Assembly (NCBI GenBank): GCA_003210655.1
Contig: QCUQ01000003.1
Location: 9,428-73,427 of the forward strand
Source of the DNA: Prochlorococcus sp. AG-679-M10
Lineage (GTDB): Bacteria > Cyanobacteriota > Cyanobacteriia > PCC-6307 > Cyanobiaceae
Direction of reading: 5' to 3'
DNA length: 64,000 nucleotides
The notes under the pieces are model-generated. The model was not told where the DNA came from and did no database searches. It saw only the letters and a list, made by a program, of their open reading frames with translations. The position numbers were made by a program, and so were the translations under genes. Shown here piece by piece: positions 44,088 to 56,382 of the stretch. Within the stretch, counting starts at the first letter, position 1. Every line of letters begins with the position of its first letter.

Positions 44088-45275
44088 CTAATCAACTTGG
44101 ACTCTTGGCAATCTATTTTTAAAAGAGCAAAGAATTTCCCAAGGAATGCTATTACATTTATCTGCCCAGTCAATCGGCGAAATTGATTTATCTCCCTCAG
44201 ATCCCAGTAATAGCATGGTACTACCAACTTCAATGTCATTAGAATCTGTAATATCTACCATCATTTGGTCCATTGTTATAGATCCAACCTGAGGATAAAG
44301 TTTTTTATTATGAATCAAACTTATTTTGCCAGATAAATTTCTAATAATGCCATCAGCATAACCAATACTTAAAACCGCTAACTTTGTTTTTCTATTACTC
44401 ACAAATTTATTTCCATAACTTACTCCAATGCCTTTTTCAATAGTTCGAACAAAAGTCACTTTAGCCTTTAAAAATAAAGCAGGTTTAAGAAATGAATTTA
44501 TATTTATCTTTACCAATGGATCATAGCCATACATGGAAAGGCCAACGCGTACCATATCAAAATGAAAATCTTTGCCAAGAATCATACCAGCAGAATTAGC
44601 AAGATGAATCTTAATATTTTGTGTATTATCAATATCTATATTTTTCAATAATTCTTGAAATTTTTCTCTTTGTAATTGAGTGCTGCTTTTGGGATTCAAG
44701 GCATTCTTTTCATCTGCGCAGGCGAGATGACTATATATTCCCTTAATAGCAATATTTTCAAGAAATTTAATACTATTAAATTGTTGAACAAAGTTATTAC
44801 ATTCAAATCCCAATCTGGACATCCCAGTATCAATTTTTAGATGTAAGGAAAATTTTAAATTATTACTCTTTCCAATATTATTACAAATCAAACACTCCCT
44901 AAAAGTACTAACAGTTGGCATCAAATCATTTTCAAAACACATTAACAAATCTTCTTTTGCATAAAGATTACCAAGCACAAGAATTGGGGCATTTATTCCA
45001 AAAGAACGAAGTTTTATTCCCTCCTTTAAGGTTGCTACTCCTAGTTGAGAAGCACCACCTTTAATCGCATTTTCAGATACAACTTTTGCATCATGTCCAT
45101 ATCCATCAGCCTTTACAACCGCCATGAATTCACAATTATTTTTTAATTTTGATCTTAATTGTCTTACGTTTGCCTCTATTGCTTTACCACTGACTTCTAT
45201 CCAAGCTCTTTGCGTTGGATCTATTTCTCCCTCAAAACTTGGAAGAATATCAAAATTATTTTTTCTATTATTCAA
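44088..45275 (-). CDS. alr: alanine racemase
   Basis: AVVKADGYGH, HLKIDTGMSRLG, IGYADG and MDQMMVD; start uncertain. Confidence 0.96.
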   Translation of the reverse strand: MNNRKNNFDILPSFEGEIDPTQRAWIEVSGKAIEANVRQLRSKLKNNCEFMAVVKADGYGHDAKVVSENAIKGGASQLGVATLKEGIKLRSFGINAPILVLGNLYAKEDLLMCFENDLMPTVSTFRECLICNNIGKSNNLKFSLHLKIDTGMSRLGFECNNFVQQFNSIKFLENIAIKGIYSHLACADEKNALNPKSSTQLQREKFQELLKNIDIDNTQNIKIHLANSAGMILGKDFHFDMVRVGLSMYGYDPLVKININSFLKPALFLKAKVTFVRTIEKGIGVSYGNKFVSNRKTKLAVLSIGYADGIIRNLSGKISLIHNKKLYPQVGSITMDQMMVDITDSNDIEVGSTMLLLGSEGDKSISPIDWADKCNSIPWEILCSFKNRLPRVQVD

Positions 45276-45355
45276 AGAATTTAAATTAATGTTTAAGCGA
45301 TTATATGCGCTTGTTTAAATATACCGCTAGCATGACATGTAAATTGATATTTGGC

Positions 45356-45862
45356 ATGAGCCAGACTCTTGTTTTAAATGCATCTTATGAACCTTTAAAT
45401 ATTACTTCATGGCGAAGAGCTGTAATTTTAATGATCAAAGGTAAAGCTGAAAGTTTAGAAGAAGATCAATCATATGCCATACATTATGGGCAAAACCTTC
45501 CTACTGTTATAAGGCTCAGATACTACGTAAAAGTCCCCTTCAGAGAGGTAGCACTTACAAGAAAAAATATACTTCTCAGAGACAATAACTCTTGTCAGTA
45601 CTGTAACCATAGAGGTAGCGATTTATCTATAGATCATGTTTTACCTAGAAGCAGGGGAGGACCTGACAACTGGGAAAATGTAACAACTGCATGCCTTCGA
45701 TGTAATGTCCAAAAAGGTAATAGGACCCCTGAAGAAGCAAATATGCCTTTAAAACGAAAACCATATCGCCCATTAAGTAATCTAAATTTTGAAGCCACAA
45801 GGCAAATAGATTCTGGAAAACACAAAGAATGGAGTAAATATGTAATTGGTTTAGCTGCTTAA
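45356..45862 (+). CDS. HNH endonuclease (McrA-like Zn-binding HNH) with PLMP-like N-terminus
   Basis: RDNNSCQYC, IDHVLPRSRGG, WENVTTACLRCNVQKG; ATG 45356 preferred over 45305. Confidence 0.92.
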   Translation: MSQTLVLNASYEPLNITSWRRAVILMIKGKAESLEEDQSYAIHYGQNLPTVIRLRYYVKVPFREVALTRKNILLRDNNSCQYCNHRGSDLSIDHVLPRSRGGPDNWENVTTACLRCNVQKGNRTPEEANMPLKRKPYRPLSNLNFEATRQIDSGKHKEWSKYVIGLAA

Positions 45863-45868
45863 AATTAT

Positions 45869-46963
45869 TTAACTTTCATTCTCATTAAAATCTTCTAGCA
45901 TCCTTTTCTGTTCTTGTGCTAAGCAAGCATCAATAACTTCATCTAATTGTCCTGCCAGAATAGGCTCTAATGAAAAATTGGATCCCAACCTATGATCAGT
46001 AGTTCTATTATCCTTAAAATTATAAGTTCTAATTTTTTCGCTTCTATCTCCACTTCCTACTTGCATTAGCCTTTGTGACCGCTCCTTAGCATTAGCTTCT
46101 TTTAATTGAATCTCATATAATTTAGCTCTTAAAATTTCCATAGCTCGCTCACGATTTTGTAGTTGAGATCTTTCTTGTGTACAAAATACTCTGATGCCTG
46201 TCGGCTTATGAATCAGATCAATAGCAGTCTCTACTTTATTAACATTTTGACCTCCAGCACCACCTGATCTAGCAGTACCAATTTCTATTTCAGTTGGATC
46301 AATCTTAACTTCTACTGGATCAGCTTCGGGCATAACCGCAACCGTTGCAGTAGAAGTATGAACTCTGCCTTGAGATTCAGTTGCTGGAACTCTTTGAACC
46401 CTATGAACACCTGCCTCAAATTTTAATTGGCTATAAACAGAATCTCCTTTTACAGAAATAACTAATTCTTTAAATCCTCCCATATCTGATTCAGAAGCAC
46501 TAATAGGTTTTACTGACCACCCAATTTTTTGTCCATATCTTTCATACATTCTTGCTAAATCACCGGCCCAAATACAAGCTTCATTTCCTCCTGCTCCAGC
46601 TCTAATTTCCAACATTACACTTCTTTCATCTCGTGGATCTTTGGGTAATAAAGCAATTGTTAATTTTTCAATAAGTTTATTCTTGAGATCTTCTAGACTG
46701 GTTAATTCCTCATTGATTAATGATTCCATATCTTTATCATTTCTATTATCTTTAAGCAATTGTTTTGAGTCACCAATTTCTTTATCAGTTTCAAGCAATT
46801 GATTAAAATCTAGAACCAAAGGTTCCAGCTTGGCCCTTTCTCTTGCTATTGATTCTAGTTTTTTAGGATTACTTGCAATATCTGGATCAGCCAATTGCAT
46901 TTCCAAATTTACGAAACTCTCTGAAGCATTTTTCAACCTTGCAATTAATGTTGTATATTCCAA
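45869..46963 (-). CDS. prfA: peptide chain release factor 1
   Basis: PAT recognition tripeptide (VPATE) and GAGGQNVNK. Confidence 0.98.
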   Translation of the reverse strand: MEYTTLIARLKNASESFVNLEMQLADPDIASNPKKLESIARERAKLEPLVLDFNQLLETDKEIGDSKQLLKDNRNDKDMESLINEELTSLEDLKNKLIEKLTIALLPKDPRDERSVMLEIRAGAGGNEACIWAGDLARMYERYGQKIGWSVKPISASESDMGGFKELVISVKGDSVYSQLKFEAGVHRVQRVPATESQGRVHTSTATVAVMPEADPVEVKIDPTEIEIGTARSGGAGGQNVNKVETAIDLIHKPTGIRVFCTQERSQLQNRERAMEILRAKLYEIQLKEANAKERSQRLMQVGSGDRSEKIRTYNFKDNRTTDHRLGSNFSLEPILAGQLDEVIDACLAQEQKRMLEDFNENES

Positions 46964-46997
46964 TTGAAAATTTGCTTAATTTTTGATTCGTAAATTT

Positions 46998-47249
46998 TTA
47001 TTTATCTGATTCTTTAATTTCTTTTGAAGTGGCTGAGTCGGCTGAACCCATTCCATATTTTTTCATAAATCTATCAACTCTACCTTCAGTATCAAGGATT
47101 TTTTGTGTCCCAGTAAAGAAAGGATGATTCCCACTCCAAACATCAACATGTAATTCAGGTTTAGTTGAACCTGTAGTCATTACAACTTCTCCATTACAAA
47201 TAACTTTTGCATCTGGATACCATTTAGGATGAATTTCTGATTTAGGCAT
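46998..47249 (-). CDS. rpmE: 50S ribosomal protein L31
   Basis: MPKSEIHP...HPFFTG...GRVDRF; start at 47249, not the upstream codon in the ORF track. Confidence 0.97.
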   Translation of the reverse strand: MPKSEIHPKWYPDAKVICNGEVVMTTGSTKPELHVDVWSGNHPFFTGTQKILDTEGRVDRFMKKYGMGSADSATSKEIKESDK

Positions 47250-47262
47250 AATGAAAGATGTT

Positions 47263-47673
47263 TTAACGTTTAGAAAATTGACCAGCTTTTCTAGCTTTTT
47301 TAAGACCATATTTTTTCCTTTCCTTGGATCTTGGGTCTCTACTAAGGTGACCTTCAGTTTTTAAAGGCTTCCTGTTATCAGGAGATAATCCACAAAGAGC
47401 TCTAGCTGCTCCTTGCTTGATTGCATCCGCCTGCCCTGTTAAACCACCACCAAAAACATTTACAAAAATATCGTATGAATTTTCTAGACCTAAAGTTAGT
47501 AAAGGTGCCTTAACTGAATTTAAGTGTGATGGGTTGAAATTTAAGTAATCATTACCAGAACGACCATTTATTTTTATTTGTCCATTGCCTGGAATTAAAC
47601 GAACTCTTGCCACAGAAGTTTTTCTTCTTCCAGTACCCCAATAAACTGCTTTGTTTTTTATTTGACTATTCAT
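47263..47673 (-). CDS. rpsI: 30S ribosomal protein S9
   Basis: [25 protein letters not shown]. Confidence 0.99.
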   Translation of the reverse strand: MNSQIKNKAVYWGTGRRKTSVARVRLIPGNGQIKINGRSGNDYLNFNPSHLNSVKAPLLTLGLENSYDIFVNVFGGGLTGQADAIKQGAARALCGLSPDNRKPLKTEGHLSRDPRSKERKKYGLKKARKAGQFSKR

Positions 47674-47682
47674 TGTTAGAAC

Positions 47683-48114
47683 TTAACCATTTAATAATAC
47701 AGGATTTTGTGCAGCATGAGGATGATCTGAACCTTTATAAACTTTTAATTTCATGAATTGCTGCCTTCCCAATGAATTATGTGGAAGCATTCCTTTAACA
47801 GCTTGCTCAATTATTCTCTCAGGTATTCTTTCTTGAAGAGATTCAAATTTTTCAACTTTCATTCCTCCTGGTCTACCAGAGTGTCTTCTATATAATTTCT
47901 GTGATGCTTTTTTACCTGTTACCACTACTTTTTCGGCATTAACAACAATAACAAAATCACCTGTGTCCAAATGAGGGGTAAATGTTGGTTTATTCTTTCC
48001 TCTCAAAACGGCAGCTATCTCTGTAGAAAGCCTGCCAAGTGTCTTATCTTTAGCATCAACTAAAAACCAATTTCTTTCTATAGTTTCTATAGAGGGAGTA
48101 ATAGTTTTATTCAT
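47683..48114 (-). CDS. rplM: 50S ribosomal protein L13
   Basis: [20 protein letters not shown]. Confidence 0.99.
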   Translation of the reverse strand: MNKTITPSIETIERNWFLVDAKDKTLGRLSTEIAAVLRGKNKPTFTPHLDTGDFVIVVNAEKVVVTGKKASQKLYRRHSGRPGGMKVEKFESLQERIPERIIEQAVKGMLPHNSLGRQQFMKLKVYKGSDHPHAAQNPVLLNG

Positions 48115-48231
48115 TTATAAATTTTACTAGAGAAAATTTTATTCAGAAATAAATTCTACCTTATTAAAGGAAGAATAAACAATTATTTTGATTATCTAAA
48201 TATATTATTTAAGTTTATAAAATCTTGTAAG

Positions 48232-49038
48232 CTAAGAATAACCTCTAATTACAAATTTAGGAAAAAGATCATTTTTATTGATCCTTTTAAAAATATTTTC
48301 TTCGTATACAGAATTTACAAAACATAACCCCTTGGCTGGCGCTGATTCGCGAACATCATTTTTCTTTTTATAAACCCATCTATCTTTAAAAATATCTGGT
48401 GTTATTTTCTTTTCTCCCACTAAAACAAGTTGACCAACAATTGAACGCACCATTCCATAAAGAAATCCTGTAGCTTTTATATCTATCAATATCAAATCCT
48501 CATTTCTCTCCAATTCTATATATTTTATTGTTGTTACAGACGTTGATCTATTACTTCCACTCTTTTGAAAAGCAAAAAAATCATGTTCTCCAAGCATTCC
48601 ATCTAAGGCTGTTGACATAGAAAACTCATCAAGATATTTCTGATATCTATGCCATGACCATTTATTTAAAAACAAATTAGGTATCTTACTATTATTGATT
48701 ATATATCGATAATGTCTATAAACCGCAGAATAGCACGCATGCCAGCTATTTTTCACCTCTACTGATTCTAAGATTCTAATTGTCTGAGGTAATCTACTAT
48801 TTAATAAATCTGCGTAACGATCAATTGGAATTACAAAATCAATATCAAAATGCACTACTTGTCCAGAAGCATGAACTCCAGCATCTGTTCTACCTGAAGC
48901 AAATGTTTTTATAATTTGATTTGAAATTTTAAAAAGGCAATTTTCTATTGACTCTTGAATACTTAATGCATTTTTCTGTCTTTGCCAACCAGAATAATAA
49001 GATCCATCGTATTGGATTAGTAAAGCTACTCTTTTCAA
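48232..49038 (-). CDS. truA: tRNA pseudouridine(38-40) synthase
   Basis: YDGS, GWQRQ, SGRTDAGVHA and GFLYGMVR. Confidence 0.97.
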   Translation of the reverse strand: MKRVALLIQYDGSYYSGWQRQKNALSIQESIENCLFKISNQIIKTFASGRTDAGVHASGQVVHFDIDFVIPIDRYADLLNSRLPQTIRILESVEVKNSWHACYSAVYRHYRYIINNSKIPNLFLNKWSWHRYQKYLDEFSMSTALDGMLGEHDFFAFQKSGSNRSTSVTTIKYIELERNEDLILIDIKATGFLYGMVRSIVGQLVLVGEKKITPDIFKDRWVYKKKNDVRESAPAKGLCFVNSVYEENIFKRINKNDLFPKFVIRGYS

Positions 49039-49077
49039 AAAATTATATTTTATATTTCAAGTTTTATTTTTCAAGCT

Positions 49078-49428
49078 TCAAACAAGTTCAATAATAGCCA
49101 TTTGGGCATTATCGCCTTTTCTAGCAACAGTTCTAACAATTCGTGTATAACCACCATTTCTGTCTCCATATCTTTCTTGAGCTTTTTCAAAAAGTGAGTG
49201 AACTAACTTTTTATCATAAATATAACCAATAGCTCTTCTTCTAGCAGATAAAGTACCCTCCTTAGCTAAGGAGATCATTCTTTCCGCCTCATTTCTTAAA
49301 GCTTTAGCTCTTGCTTTGGTAGTAGTTATTCTACCTTCTCTAATAAGTTGTGTAGTTAAAGCTCTAAGAAGAGCTTTTCTTTGATCAGCCGGTTTGCTTA
49401 AAAGAGGAATTCTAAGTTGATGTCTCAT
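49078..49428 (-). CDS. rplQ: 50S ribosomal protein L17
   Basis: [18 protein letters not shown]. Confidence 0.98.
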   Translation of the reverse strand: MRHQLRIPLLSKPADQRKALLRALTTQLIREGRITTTKARAKALRNEAERMISLAKEGTLSARRRAIGYIYDKKLVHSLFEKAQERYGDRNGGYTRIVRTVARKGDNAQMAIIELV

Positions 49429-49443
49429 AATCTCAAAAATTTG

Positions 49444-50382
49444 TTAAACAGATGTCCTGCTTTGTGGAATTGAAATCCCTATTCTCTCAAGAGCTTCAAT
49501 AACCTCATCTGCAGATTTCGAGCCGAAGTTTTTAATTTCTAAAAGATCTTCATAACTGAATCCCATTAAATCTGAAACAGAATTAACTTGTGCTCGTTTC
49601 AAACAATTATAAGCTCTAACGGACAAATTTAGTTCTTCTAATGGAATTTGAGCTTCAGGGGAAGGTTCTGGTTCTTCAGGTATTTCTTCAACCATTGTAA
49701 CGGTTGCTAGGGGCTGAAAGAGTTCAATTAACTGGTTTGCTGCTTCAGCAATTGCATCATCAGGGCTCGTTGAACCATCTGTTACAACTTCCATTTTTAA
49801 TCTTTCTCTTCCAGTTGCTCCTTCTGCAACAGCAGTTTCATCTATTGTGAAATTAACTCTTTTTACAGGCATAAAAACAGCGTCAATTTGAAGCAAGTCA
49901 ATAGATGTAGTTTCTTGGTTTCTTCGATCTACAGGTCTATAACCAACTCCTCTTTCTACATGAATTTCTAGCTCTAAATTATGTCCTTCTTGAATAGTTG
50001 CTATAGGTTTTTCACCATCAACAATTTCAACTTGAGAAGAGAATTGTATGTCATTTGCCTTTACTTCCATTGGACCATTAACAACTAGTCTTCCAATCTC
50101 AAGCTCTGGGTTGGAACTATTAATAGAAAGTTGCTTACAATTTAAAAGAATATCTAAAACGTCTTCTCTTACACCTGGGATAGTGGCATATTCATGATTA
50201 ATGCCTGCAATTCTTACGGCAGTAACAGCACTTCCTTCGAGTCCTCCCATTAAAACTCTTCTTAAAGAGTTACCGAGAGTTGTAGCTTGTCCTCTTTCTA
50301 AGGGGCCAATTAAAAATGTTCCTGTTTGGGAGCGATCATCTGATATTTGATGATCGATTCTGTCAATCTGGTATTGCAACAC
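49444..50382 (-). CDS. rpoA: RNA polymerase alpha subunit
   Basis: [10 protein letters not shown] and [11 protein letters not shown]. Confidence 0.99.
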   Translation of the reverse strand: MLQYQIDRIDHQISDDRSQTGTFLIGPLERGQATTLGNSLRRVLMGGLEGSAVTAVRIAGINHEYATIPGVREDVLDILLNCKQLSINSSNPELEIGRLVVNGPMEVKANDIQFSSQVEIVDGEKPIATIQEGHNLELEIHVERGVGYRPVDRRNQETTSIDLLQIDAVFMPVKRVNFTIDETAVAEGATGRERLKMEVVTDGSTSPDDAIAEAANQLIELFQPLATVTMVEEIPEEPEPSPEAQIPLEELNLSVRAYNCLKRAQVNSVSDLMGFSYEDLLEIKNFGSKSADEVIEALERIGISIPQSRTSV

Positions 50383-50423
50383 GGAAAAAAAGGGTTGAAA
50401 GTTTGGGGGGAAATGGTTTAGTT

Positions 50424-50816
50424 CTAAACGCGTCTACGTTTAGGTCTTCTGCATCCATTATGAGGTAATGGAGTTACATCTCTTATTAGAGTTATTTCTA
50501 AACCGGCAACTTGTAAAGCTCTTATGGCGGTTTCCCTACCTGAGCCAGGACCTCTAACTAATACTTCTATCTGTCTCATCCCTTGATCTAGAGCTCTTTT
50601 AGCTGCTGCTTCAGCAGCTGTTTGAGCGGCAAATGGGGTTCCTTTTCTAGCACCTTTAAATCCACTAGCTCCTGCAGAGGACCAAGAAATTACATGACCT
50701 GAAGTATCAGTAATAGATACAATAGTATTATTGAAAGTACTTTGAATATGTACTACACCATTTGGTACATTTTTCTTTGATTTCCTCGAGCCTGTTTTTT
50801 TTACTGGAGCTGCCAT
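50424..50816 (-). CDS. rpsK: 30S ribosomal protein S11
   Basis: STFNNTIV and PHNGCR. Confidence 0.99.
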   Translation of the reverse strand: MAAPVKKTGSRKSKKNVPNGVVHIQSTFNNTIVSITDTSGHVISWSSAGASGFKGARKGTPFAAQTAAEAAAKRALDQGMRQIEVLVRGPGSGRETAIRALQVAGLEITLIRDVTPLPHNGCRRPKRRRV

Positions 50817-50854
50817 AATAGTTTGATTAATTACGATTATTTATAAAAAGTTAA

Positions 50855-51220
50855 TTATTTTTTCCTACCCGCAACAGTTTTTCTTGAACCTCTTCTTGTC
50901 CTAGCATTTGTTCTTGTTCTTTGACCTCTTACAGGAAGACTCATTCTATGTCTTCTTCCTCTTACGCATCCAATATCTTGTAAACGCTTTAAGGCCATTC
51001 CCTCTTGCCTACGCAAATCACCCTCTACTGTGAAGTCTTCTGCAGCACCTCTCAATTTTTGTACATCACTGTCTGATAAGTCTTTTACGCGAATATCAGG
51101 ATTAATTCCTGTATTTGAAAGGATTAATTTTGATCTTGTAAGACCAATTCCATAAATGTATGTAAGTGCAATTTCAACTCGTTTTTCACGAGGTATGTCA
51201 ATTCCTGCAATCCTGGCCAC
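50855..51220 (-). CDS. rpsM: 30S ribosomal protein S13
   Basis: [21 protein letters not shown]. Confidence 0.99.
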   Translation of the reverse strand: MARIAGIDIPREKRVEIALTYIYGIGLTRSKLILSNTGINPDIRVKDLSDSDVQKLRGAAEDFTVEGDLRRQEGMALKRLQDIGCVRGRRHRMSLPVRGQRTRTNARTRRGSRKTVAGRKK

Positions 51221-51265
51221 TTGTTTCGAATTAGTAAAAGGTTTTTAATTTAATGTCATCAAAGA

Positions 51266-51382
51266 TTAACCTTGACGCTGTTTGTGTCTAGGGCTAGCGG
51301 TGCAAATAACCATTACCCTGCCATGTCTACGAATAACACGACATTTGTCACACATTTTTTTTACTGAGGCTCTAACCTTCAT
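51266..51382 (-). CDS. rpmJ: 50S ribosomal protein L36 (not in ORF track)
   Basis: Manual translation [38 protein letters not shown]. Confidence 0.97.
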   Translation of the reverse strand: MKVRASVKKMCDKCRVIRRHGRVMVICTASPRHKQRQG

Positions 51383-51426
51383 AAGGTTCTCTCATAAAAA
51401 TGTTAATATTATATTCTACATCATCA

Positions 51427-51975
51427 TCAAGCCATTTTTTGTTTTATATCAGCAGAAATTGTTTTTAGATCACCATCAGCATTTATATATTCTAATAAAG
51501 AGAGACTTTTATAGTATTCAATCAATGGCTCTGTTGTTTCCTTATAAATTTTTAATCTTGTTTTAATAGTTTCTTCATTATCATCTTTTCTACCCCTCTT
51601 AAGTAATCGCTTTGTTAAGATTTCATCTGGGATATCTAAATAAAATACAATCTCTAAAGGTTGATTTATATGCATCAAAACATCATTTAGAGAATTTACT
51701 TGAGACAAATTTCTAGGATAACCATCTAAAATCCAACCTTTATTATCTTGATCCAAATTCTTTTTAACAATTTCTAAAACTAGTTGATCACTTACAAGTT
51801 CACCCTTATTCATAATATCTTTTACTTGTTTACCCAAATCAGTATCCAAATCAATTTCTTTTCTTAATAATTCTCCAGTAGATAAATGTAAATAAGAGTT
51901 TGCTTCACTTAAAATTGCAGCTTGAGTGCCTTTCCCTGCTCCAGGTGGTCCTAAAAAGAGTAAATGTTTTTTCAT
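51427..51975 (-). CDS. adk: adenylate kinase (short type)
   Basis: [23 protein letters not shown]. Confidence 0.98.
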   Translation of the reverse strand: MKKHLLFLGPPGAGKGTQAAILSEANSYLHLSTGELLRKEIDLDTDLGKQVKDIMNKGELVSDQLVLEIVKKNLDQDNKGWILDGYPRNLSQVNSLNDVLMHINQPLEIVFYLDIPDEILTKRLLKRGRKDDNEETIKTRLKIYKETTEPLIEYYKSLSLLEYINADGDLKTISADIKQKMA

Positions 51976-53294
51976 TAATTATTAACTAATCCCTCATATC
52001 TCTGAGAGATAACATAAGTTTGAATTTGCTTAGCAGTATCAATAGCAACTCCCACAAGAATTAAGAGAGAAGTAGCTCCTAAACCTTGAAAAGTTTGAAC
52101 ATTAGTAGCTCTTTCTACAGCCGCAGGAATTATAGCTACTGAGCCCAAAAATAATCCTCCTAATAGTGTTAACCTATTTTGAATACCTGATAGGTAATTT
52201 GCTGTATTAGAACCAGGTCTTACTCCTGGAATAGCAACACCCCCTTTTTTTAAATTAGATGCTACATCTACTGGATTTATGGTAAGAGAAGCATAAAAAT
52301 ATGAGAAACCTAGAATTAAAGCGAAAAATGTTAATGCATATGGCCATGGATTGGAAGAACCTGGATTTAAACTGCCAGCTAATTTAATCAGAATTGGATT
52401 ACCCGTAACGTTTGCTACCGTTATTGGTAAAAATATCAAAGCAGATGCGAAGATTATTGGCATAACTCCACCAGCATTTAACTTTAATGGCAAATAACTT
52501 TGTCTTGTCGGAAGTGAAGAAGAACTACCTATCTGTCTTTTTGCACTGACAATAGGTATACGTCTTGCTCCTTCTTGAACAAAAATTATTCCTACAATTG
52601 TTAGTAAAAATACTCCAAGTAAAACAGCTATACCTAAAACATCTCCACGATCACCAGTTTGTGCTTTTTCAATAGTTGAACTCAAAGCTTTTGGCAAGGT
52701 TGCAACAATATTTAAGAAGATAACTAATGAGGCGCCTTGACCTATACCTTTCTCTGTAATAATTTCACTAAACCACATTACTATCATTGAACCTGTCACA
52801 AGGGCAATAGATGTTTGCAAAACAAAGGCAGTTTCACTAATACCCTCGATTGCATACTGTCTAAGAATTAAAGAAAATATAATACTTTGTAAAAAACCCC
52901 ACCCTAAAGAAACATATCTAGTTATCTGAGCAATTTTTCTTCTACCTGCTTCACCCTCATTTTTTTGTAAATCTTCAAGAACAGGTAATGAAGCAGTCAG
53001 AAGTTGAATAATTATTGAAGCATTAATAAATGGCAAAATTCCAAGTGCGAATATTCCTAAGGTTGAAATTCCTCCGCCAGTAAAAATATCTAGAAAACCT
53101 ATTAATTGACCACCCTGATCAATAAAACTTTTAAAAGCAACCCTATCAATTCCAGGCATAGGTATATAAATACCTAGTCGGACCAAAAGTAGAAGACCTA
53201 AAGTTGTTAAAACTCGATTCCTTAACTCTTTATTTAGAAATAATTGAGAGACTATTTCTGAAGCACTAGGATTTCTACTTTTGTTAATTAACAT
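51975..53294 (-). CDS. secY: preprotein translocase SecY
   Basis: [30 protein letters not shown]; ATG at 53294. Confidence 0.98.
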   Translation of the reverse strand: MLINKSRNPSASEIVSQLFLNKELRNRVLTTLGLLLLVRLGIYIPMPGIDRVAFKSFIDQGGQLIGFLDIFTGGGISTLGIFALGILPFINASIIIQLLTASLPVLEDLQKNEGEAGRRKIAQITRYVSLGWGFLQSIIFSLILRQYAIEGISETAFVLQTSIALVTGSMIVMWFSEIITEKGIGQGASLVIFLNIVATLPKALSSTIEKAQTGDRGDVLGIAVLLGVFLLTIVGIIFVQEGARRIPIVSAKRQIGSSSSLPTRQSYLPLKLNAGGVMPIIFASALIFLPITVANVTGNPILIKLAGSLNPGSSNPWPYALTFFALILGFSYFYASLTINPVDVASNLKKGGVAIPGVRPGSNTANYLSGIQNRLTLLGGLFLGSVAIIPAAVERATNVQTFQGLGATSLLILVGVAIDTAKQIQTYVISQRYEGLVNN

Positions 53295-53325
53295 CGGCAA
53301 GTGAAACTAAAATTTATGAGTAAAT

Positions 53326-53784
53326 TTATTTATTATTAATAATTTCGCAAGATCCACCTGCTGCTTCTATTTTTTCTTTAGCAACTTTAGTAAATGAATG
53401 AGCTTGAACTTTTAATTTAACTTTAACTTCTCCATTTCCTAAAATTTTTAGAGGAAATTTCGGCTTGAATAATAACTTCTTTTTCACAAGTGAATCTATA
53501 TTGACAATTTCATTGTCTTTAAAGTCACTTAATTTGCTTACGTTAACTATTGAAAAGTTTTTTTGATTAATAATTTCAAAGTGCTTTAATTTAGGGACTC
53601 TTCTGTAAAGAGGCATTTGACCACCTTCAAACCCAGGTCGTGTAGGTCTGCCGGATCGAGATTTCTGCCCTCTCATTCCAAAACCACAAGAAGCTCCCTG
53701 CCCTGCTGCGATACCCCTACCTTTTCTTAATTTTTTCTTTCTTGAACCAGTGTTTGATTTTAGAGAATTTAATGTTGAAGTCAT
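53326..53784 (-). CDS. rplO: 50S ribosomal protein L15
   Basis: [19 protein letters not shown]. Confidence 0.98.
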   Translation of the reverse strand: MTSTLNSLKSNTGSRKKKLRKGRGIAAGQGASCGFGMRGQKSRSGRPTRPGFEGGQMPLYRRVPKLKHFEIINQKNFSIVNVSKLSDFKDNEIVNIDSLVKKKLLFKPKFPLKILGNGEVKVKLKVQAHSFTKVAKEKIEAAGGSCEIINNK

Positions 53785-53789
53785 AATTT

Positions 53790-54410
53790 TTAAGAGTAAA
53801 GCTGTTCAAGAGAAATACCTCTCTCTCTAGAGGCAGATTTATGAGTTCTTAATTGAGAGAGAGCAACCATTGCAGCTCTCGCATTATTTAATGGAGTCTT
53901 ACTACCTAATCTTTTAGCTAAGACATTTTTTATACCTGCTAATTCTAAAACTGTTCTAATTGACCCACCAGCAATTACGCCTGTACCAGGTGCAGCAGGT
54001 CTAATAAGTACATTAGCTGCTCCATCTCTGCCTTTAGACAAAGTAGGTATTGAATTATTTGGAGTTAATGGTACCCTAACAAGATGTTTTTTACCGTCTG
54101 AGACTCCTTTTCTAACTGCTCCAATAACATCACCTGCCTTCCCCACTCCTACACCTACTTGCCCTTTCTCATTGCCAACAACTACTATAGCTCTAAAACT
54201 CATTTTTTTACCACCTTTTACCGTTTTAGATACCCTTCTAATTTGAACAACTCTTTCTTGCCACTCAGAATCCCTCTCATTTTTGGAATCACCTCTTCGA
54301 TTTCTTTTTCGATCATTATTACGATTACCTCTCCTCTGCTCGTTAGGACTAGATGAGGGTATATTTTCAGTCTTTGACTGATTTTCTTGTTTTGTTGGAG
54401 TGTTTGTCAT
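53790..54410 (-). CDS. rpsE: 30S ribosomal protein S5
   Basis: [18 protein letters not shown]; N-terminal extension. Confidence 0.98.
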   Translation of the reverse strand: MTNTPTKQENQSKTENIPSSSPNEQRRGNRNNDRKRNRRGDSKNERDSEWQERVVQIRRVSKTVKGGKKMSFRAIVVVGNEKGQVGVGVGKAGDVIGAVRKGVSDGKKHLVRVPLTPNNSIPTLSKGRDGAANVLIRPAAPGTGVIAGGSIRTVLELAGIKNVLAKRLGSKTPLNNARAAMVALSQLRTHKSASRERGISLEQLYS

Positions 54411-54423
54411 GATGAAATAAATA

Positions 54424-54792
54424 TTAAAAATTCAAGCCTGCTTCACGGGCAGCATCAGCAAGTGATTTGACCCTCCCATGGTATAAATTACCTCCTCGAT
54501 CAAAAATAACTTGATTGATACCTTTTTTTATTGCTCGTTTAGCTAATAATTTACCTACTGTTGAAGAAGAACTACAATTAGATAGATTTTTATCTGAATC
54601 CTTTTTAAGTTCTTTATCTATAGTAGATGCAGAACATATAGTCTGTTGTGCATCATCGTCAATAACTTGGGCATAAATATGATTATTAGAACGGTAAACA
54701 GCTAACCTAGGACGAGATTTACTACCGATTAAGTACCTCCTTAATCTTTTATGACGTTTTTGAGTTTGAAGTTTCCTTGAAAGTTTAGCCAT
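54424..54792 (-). CDS. rplR: 50S ribosomal protein L18
   Basis: [22 protein letters not shown]. Confidence 0.98.
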   Translation of the reverse strand: MAKLSRKLQTQKRHKRLRRYLIGSKSRPRLAVYRSNNHIYAQVIDDDAQQTICSASTIDKELKKDSDKNLSNCSSSSTVGKLLAKRAIKKGINQVIFDRGGNLYHGRVKSLADAAREAGLNF

Positions 54793-54806
54793 GATTTTTA
54801 AAACAA

Positions 54807-55346
54807 TTATTTTTTGCCGGATTTACCAGCTTTTCTGATGATTCTCTCATCTTGGTATTTTATTCCTTTACCTTTATAAGGCTCTGGAGGTCTGATTGAT
54901 CTGATTTTTGCTGCTTCATTTCCAACAATTTCTTTATCAATTCCAGATACAGTTACGTTTGTATTACTTTCAACTTTGTATGTTATACCATCGGGGGGGG
55001 TCATTTCTACTGGATGACTGTATCCAGCACTTACAACTAAATTTTTTCCTTTCACTTGTGCTCTAGATCCAACTCCTACTATTTCTAATTTCTTTGAATA
55101 GCCTTCAGTAACTCCATGCACCATATTTGAAATCAATGTTCTACAAAGACCATGCCTTTCCCTTGAATATCTTTTGGTAGTTGCTGGAGTAACAACTATC
55201 TGATTTTCTTTTTGATCAAAACTTACACCTTCTGGCATCAGTCTTTTCAGTTCCCCTTTTGGACCTTTTACGGTGATATTTAATCCATTAATATCAACAG
55301 ATACCTTTTCTGGTATTTGTACTGGAGATTTTCCTATTCTTGACAT
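54807..55346 (-). CDS. rplF: 50S ribosomal protein L6
   Basis: [14 protein letters not shown]. Confidence 0.99.
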   Translation of the reverse strand: MSRIGKSPVQIPEKVSVDINGLNITVKGPKGELKRLMPEGVSFDQKENQIVVTPATTKRYSRERHGLCRTLISNMVHGVTEGYSKKLEIVGVGSRAQVKGKNLVVSAGYSHPVEMTPPDGITYKVESNTNVTVSGIDKEIVGNEAAKIRSIRPPEPYKGKGIKYQDERIIRKAGKSGKK

Positions 55347-55358
55347 AATTAATACCCC

Positions 55359-55760
55359 TTAATAAACATAACAAAGGACTTCGCCACCGATGCCTTGTTT
55401 CCTTGCGTCACGGTCACTCATCACCCCCTTTGAAGTTGATACTATAGCAACTCCAAGCCCTCCAAGAACTTTTGGTAAGCCCTTTGTATTTTTATAAACT
55501 CTCAATCCTGGCTTACTGACTCTTTGCATAGATCTTATAGTAGGAAATTTATTTTTACCACTATATTTAAGTCCTAGAACTATTTTTGACTCATAGCCTT
55601 CACCTTCCTCATTAATATCCGCTATGAAGCCTTCTTTTTGGAGTACTTTAGCAATATTTAAAATGATTCTAGAAGCTGGAATTGAAGTTGATGTATGCTT
55701 TTTTTGACTCGCATTTCTTATACGAGTAAGCATATCTGAAATAGGATCGTGATTTGACAT
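55359..55760 (-). CDS. rpsH: 30S ribosomal protein S8
   Basis: [25 protein letters not shown]. Confidence 0.99.
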   Translation of the reverse strand: MSNHDPISDMLTRIRNASQKKHTSTSIPASRIILNIAKVLQKEGFIADINEEGEGYESKIVLGLKYSGKNKFPTIRSMQRVSKPGLRVYKNTKGLPKVLGGLGVAIVSTSKGVMSDRDARKQGIGGEVLCYVY

Positions 55761-55770
55761 GTTTATAAAG

Positions 55771-56307
55771 TTAATTACTAAAAGGCATTCCTAGCTCTTT
55801 CAGGAGAGCTTTACCTTCTTGATCGGTTGAGGCGCTAGTGACAATTGTTATGTCCATTCCTCTAATGGAATCAATCTTATCAAATGAGATTTCAGGGAAT
55901 ATCAATTGTTCTTTAACTCCTAAAGTATAGTTACCTCTTCCATCAAAGCTTTTAGGATTAACACCTCTAAAATCTCTAATTCTTGGTAATGCTAAATTTA
56001 TAAATCTTTCTAGGAAAGAATACATTCTGTCACCTCTTAAGGTAACAGTACAACCAATTGCCATACCTTCCCTTATTTTAAAGCCTGCAATTGCTTTTTT
56101 AGATCTTGTGACTAAAGCTTTTTGCCCGGTGATAGTTGCCATTTCATTTAAGGAGGCTTCTAAAGCCTTTGAATTCGAAGCAGCTTCTCCAAGTCCTCTA
56201 TTTACGTTAACTTTAATAACCTTGGGGACTTGATGAATATTTTTAAGACCAAGATCTTTTAAAAGCTTTGGCCTTATTGCTTCTTTATATCGAGTTTTAA
56301 GAGTCAT
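55771..56307 (-). CDS. rplE: 50S ribosomal protein L5
   Basis: [21 protein letters not shown]. Confidence 0.99.
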   Translation of the reverse strand: MTLKTRYKEAIRPKLLKDLGLKNIHQVPKVIKVNVNRGLGEAASNSKALEASLNEMATITGQKALVTRSKKAIAGFKIREGMAIGCTVTLRGDRMYSFLERFINLALPRIRDFRGVNPKSFDGRGNYTLGVKEQLIFPEISFDKIDSIRGMDITIVTSASTDQEGKALLKELGMPFSN

Positions 56308-56382
56308 GATTTTTGAAATTAATTCTGGTCTTTGTCAGAATTGTGTAATAAGAAAATTGAAATCTCGTTTTTGATGAAAAAT

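Noticed and set aside
51282-51566. 94-aa plus-strand ORF in the rpsM-adk gap
   Set aside because: Antisense to rpmJ (51266-51382) and the end of adk, which explain the region.
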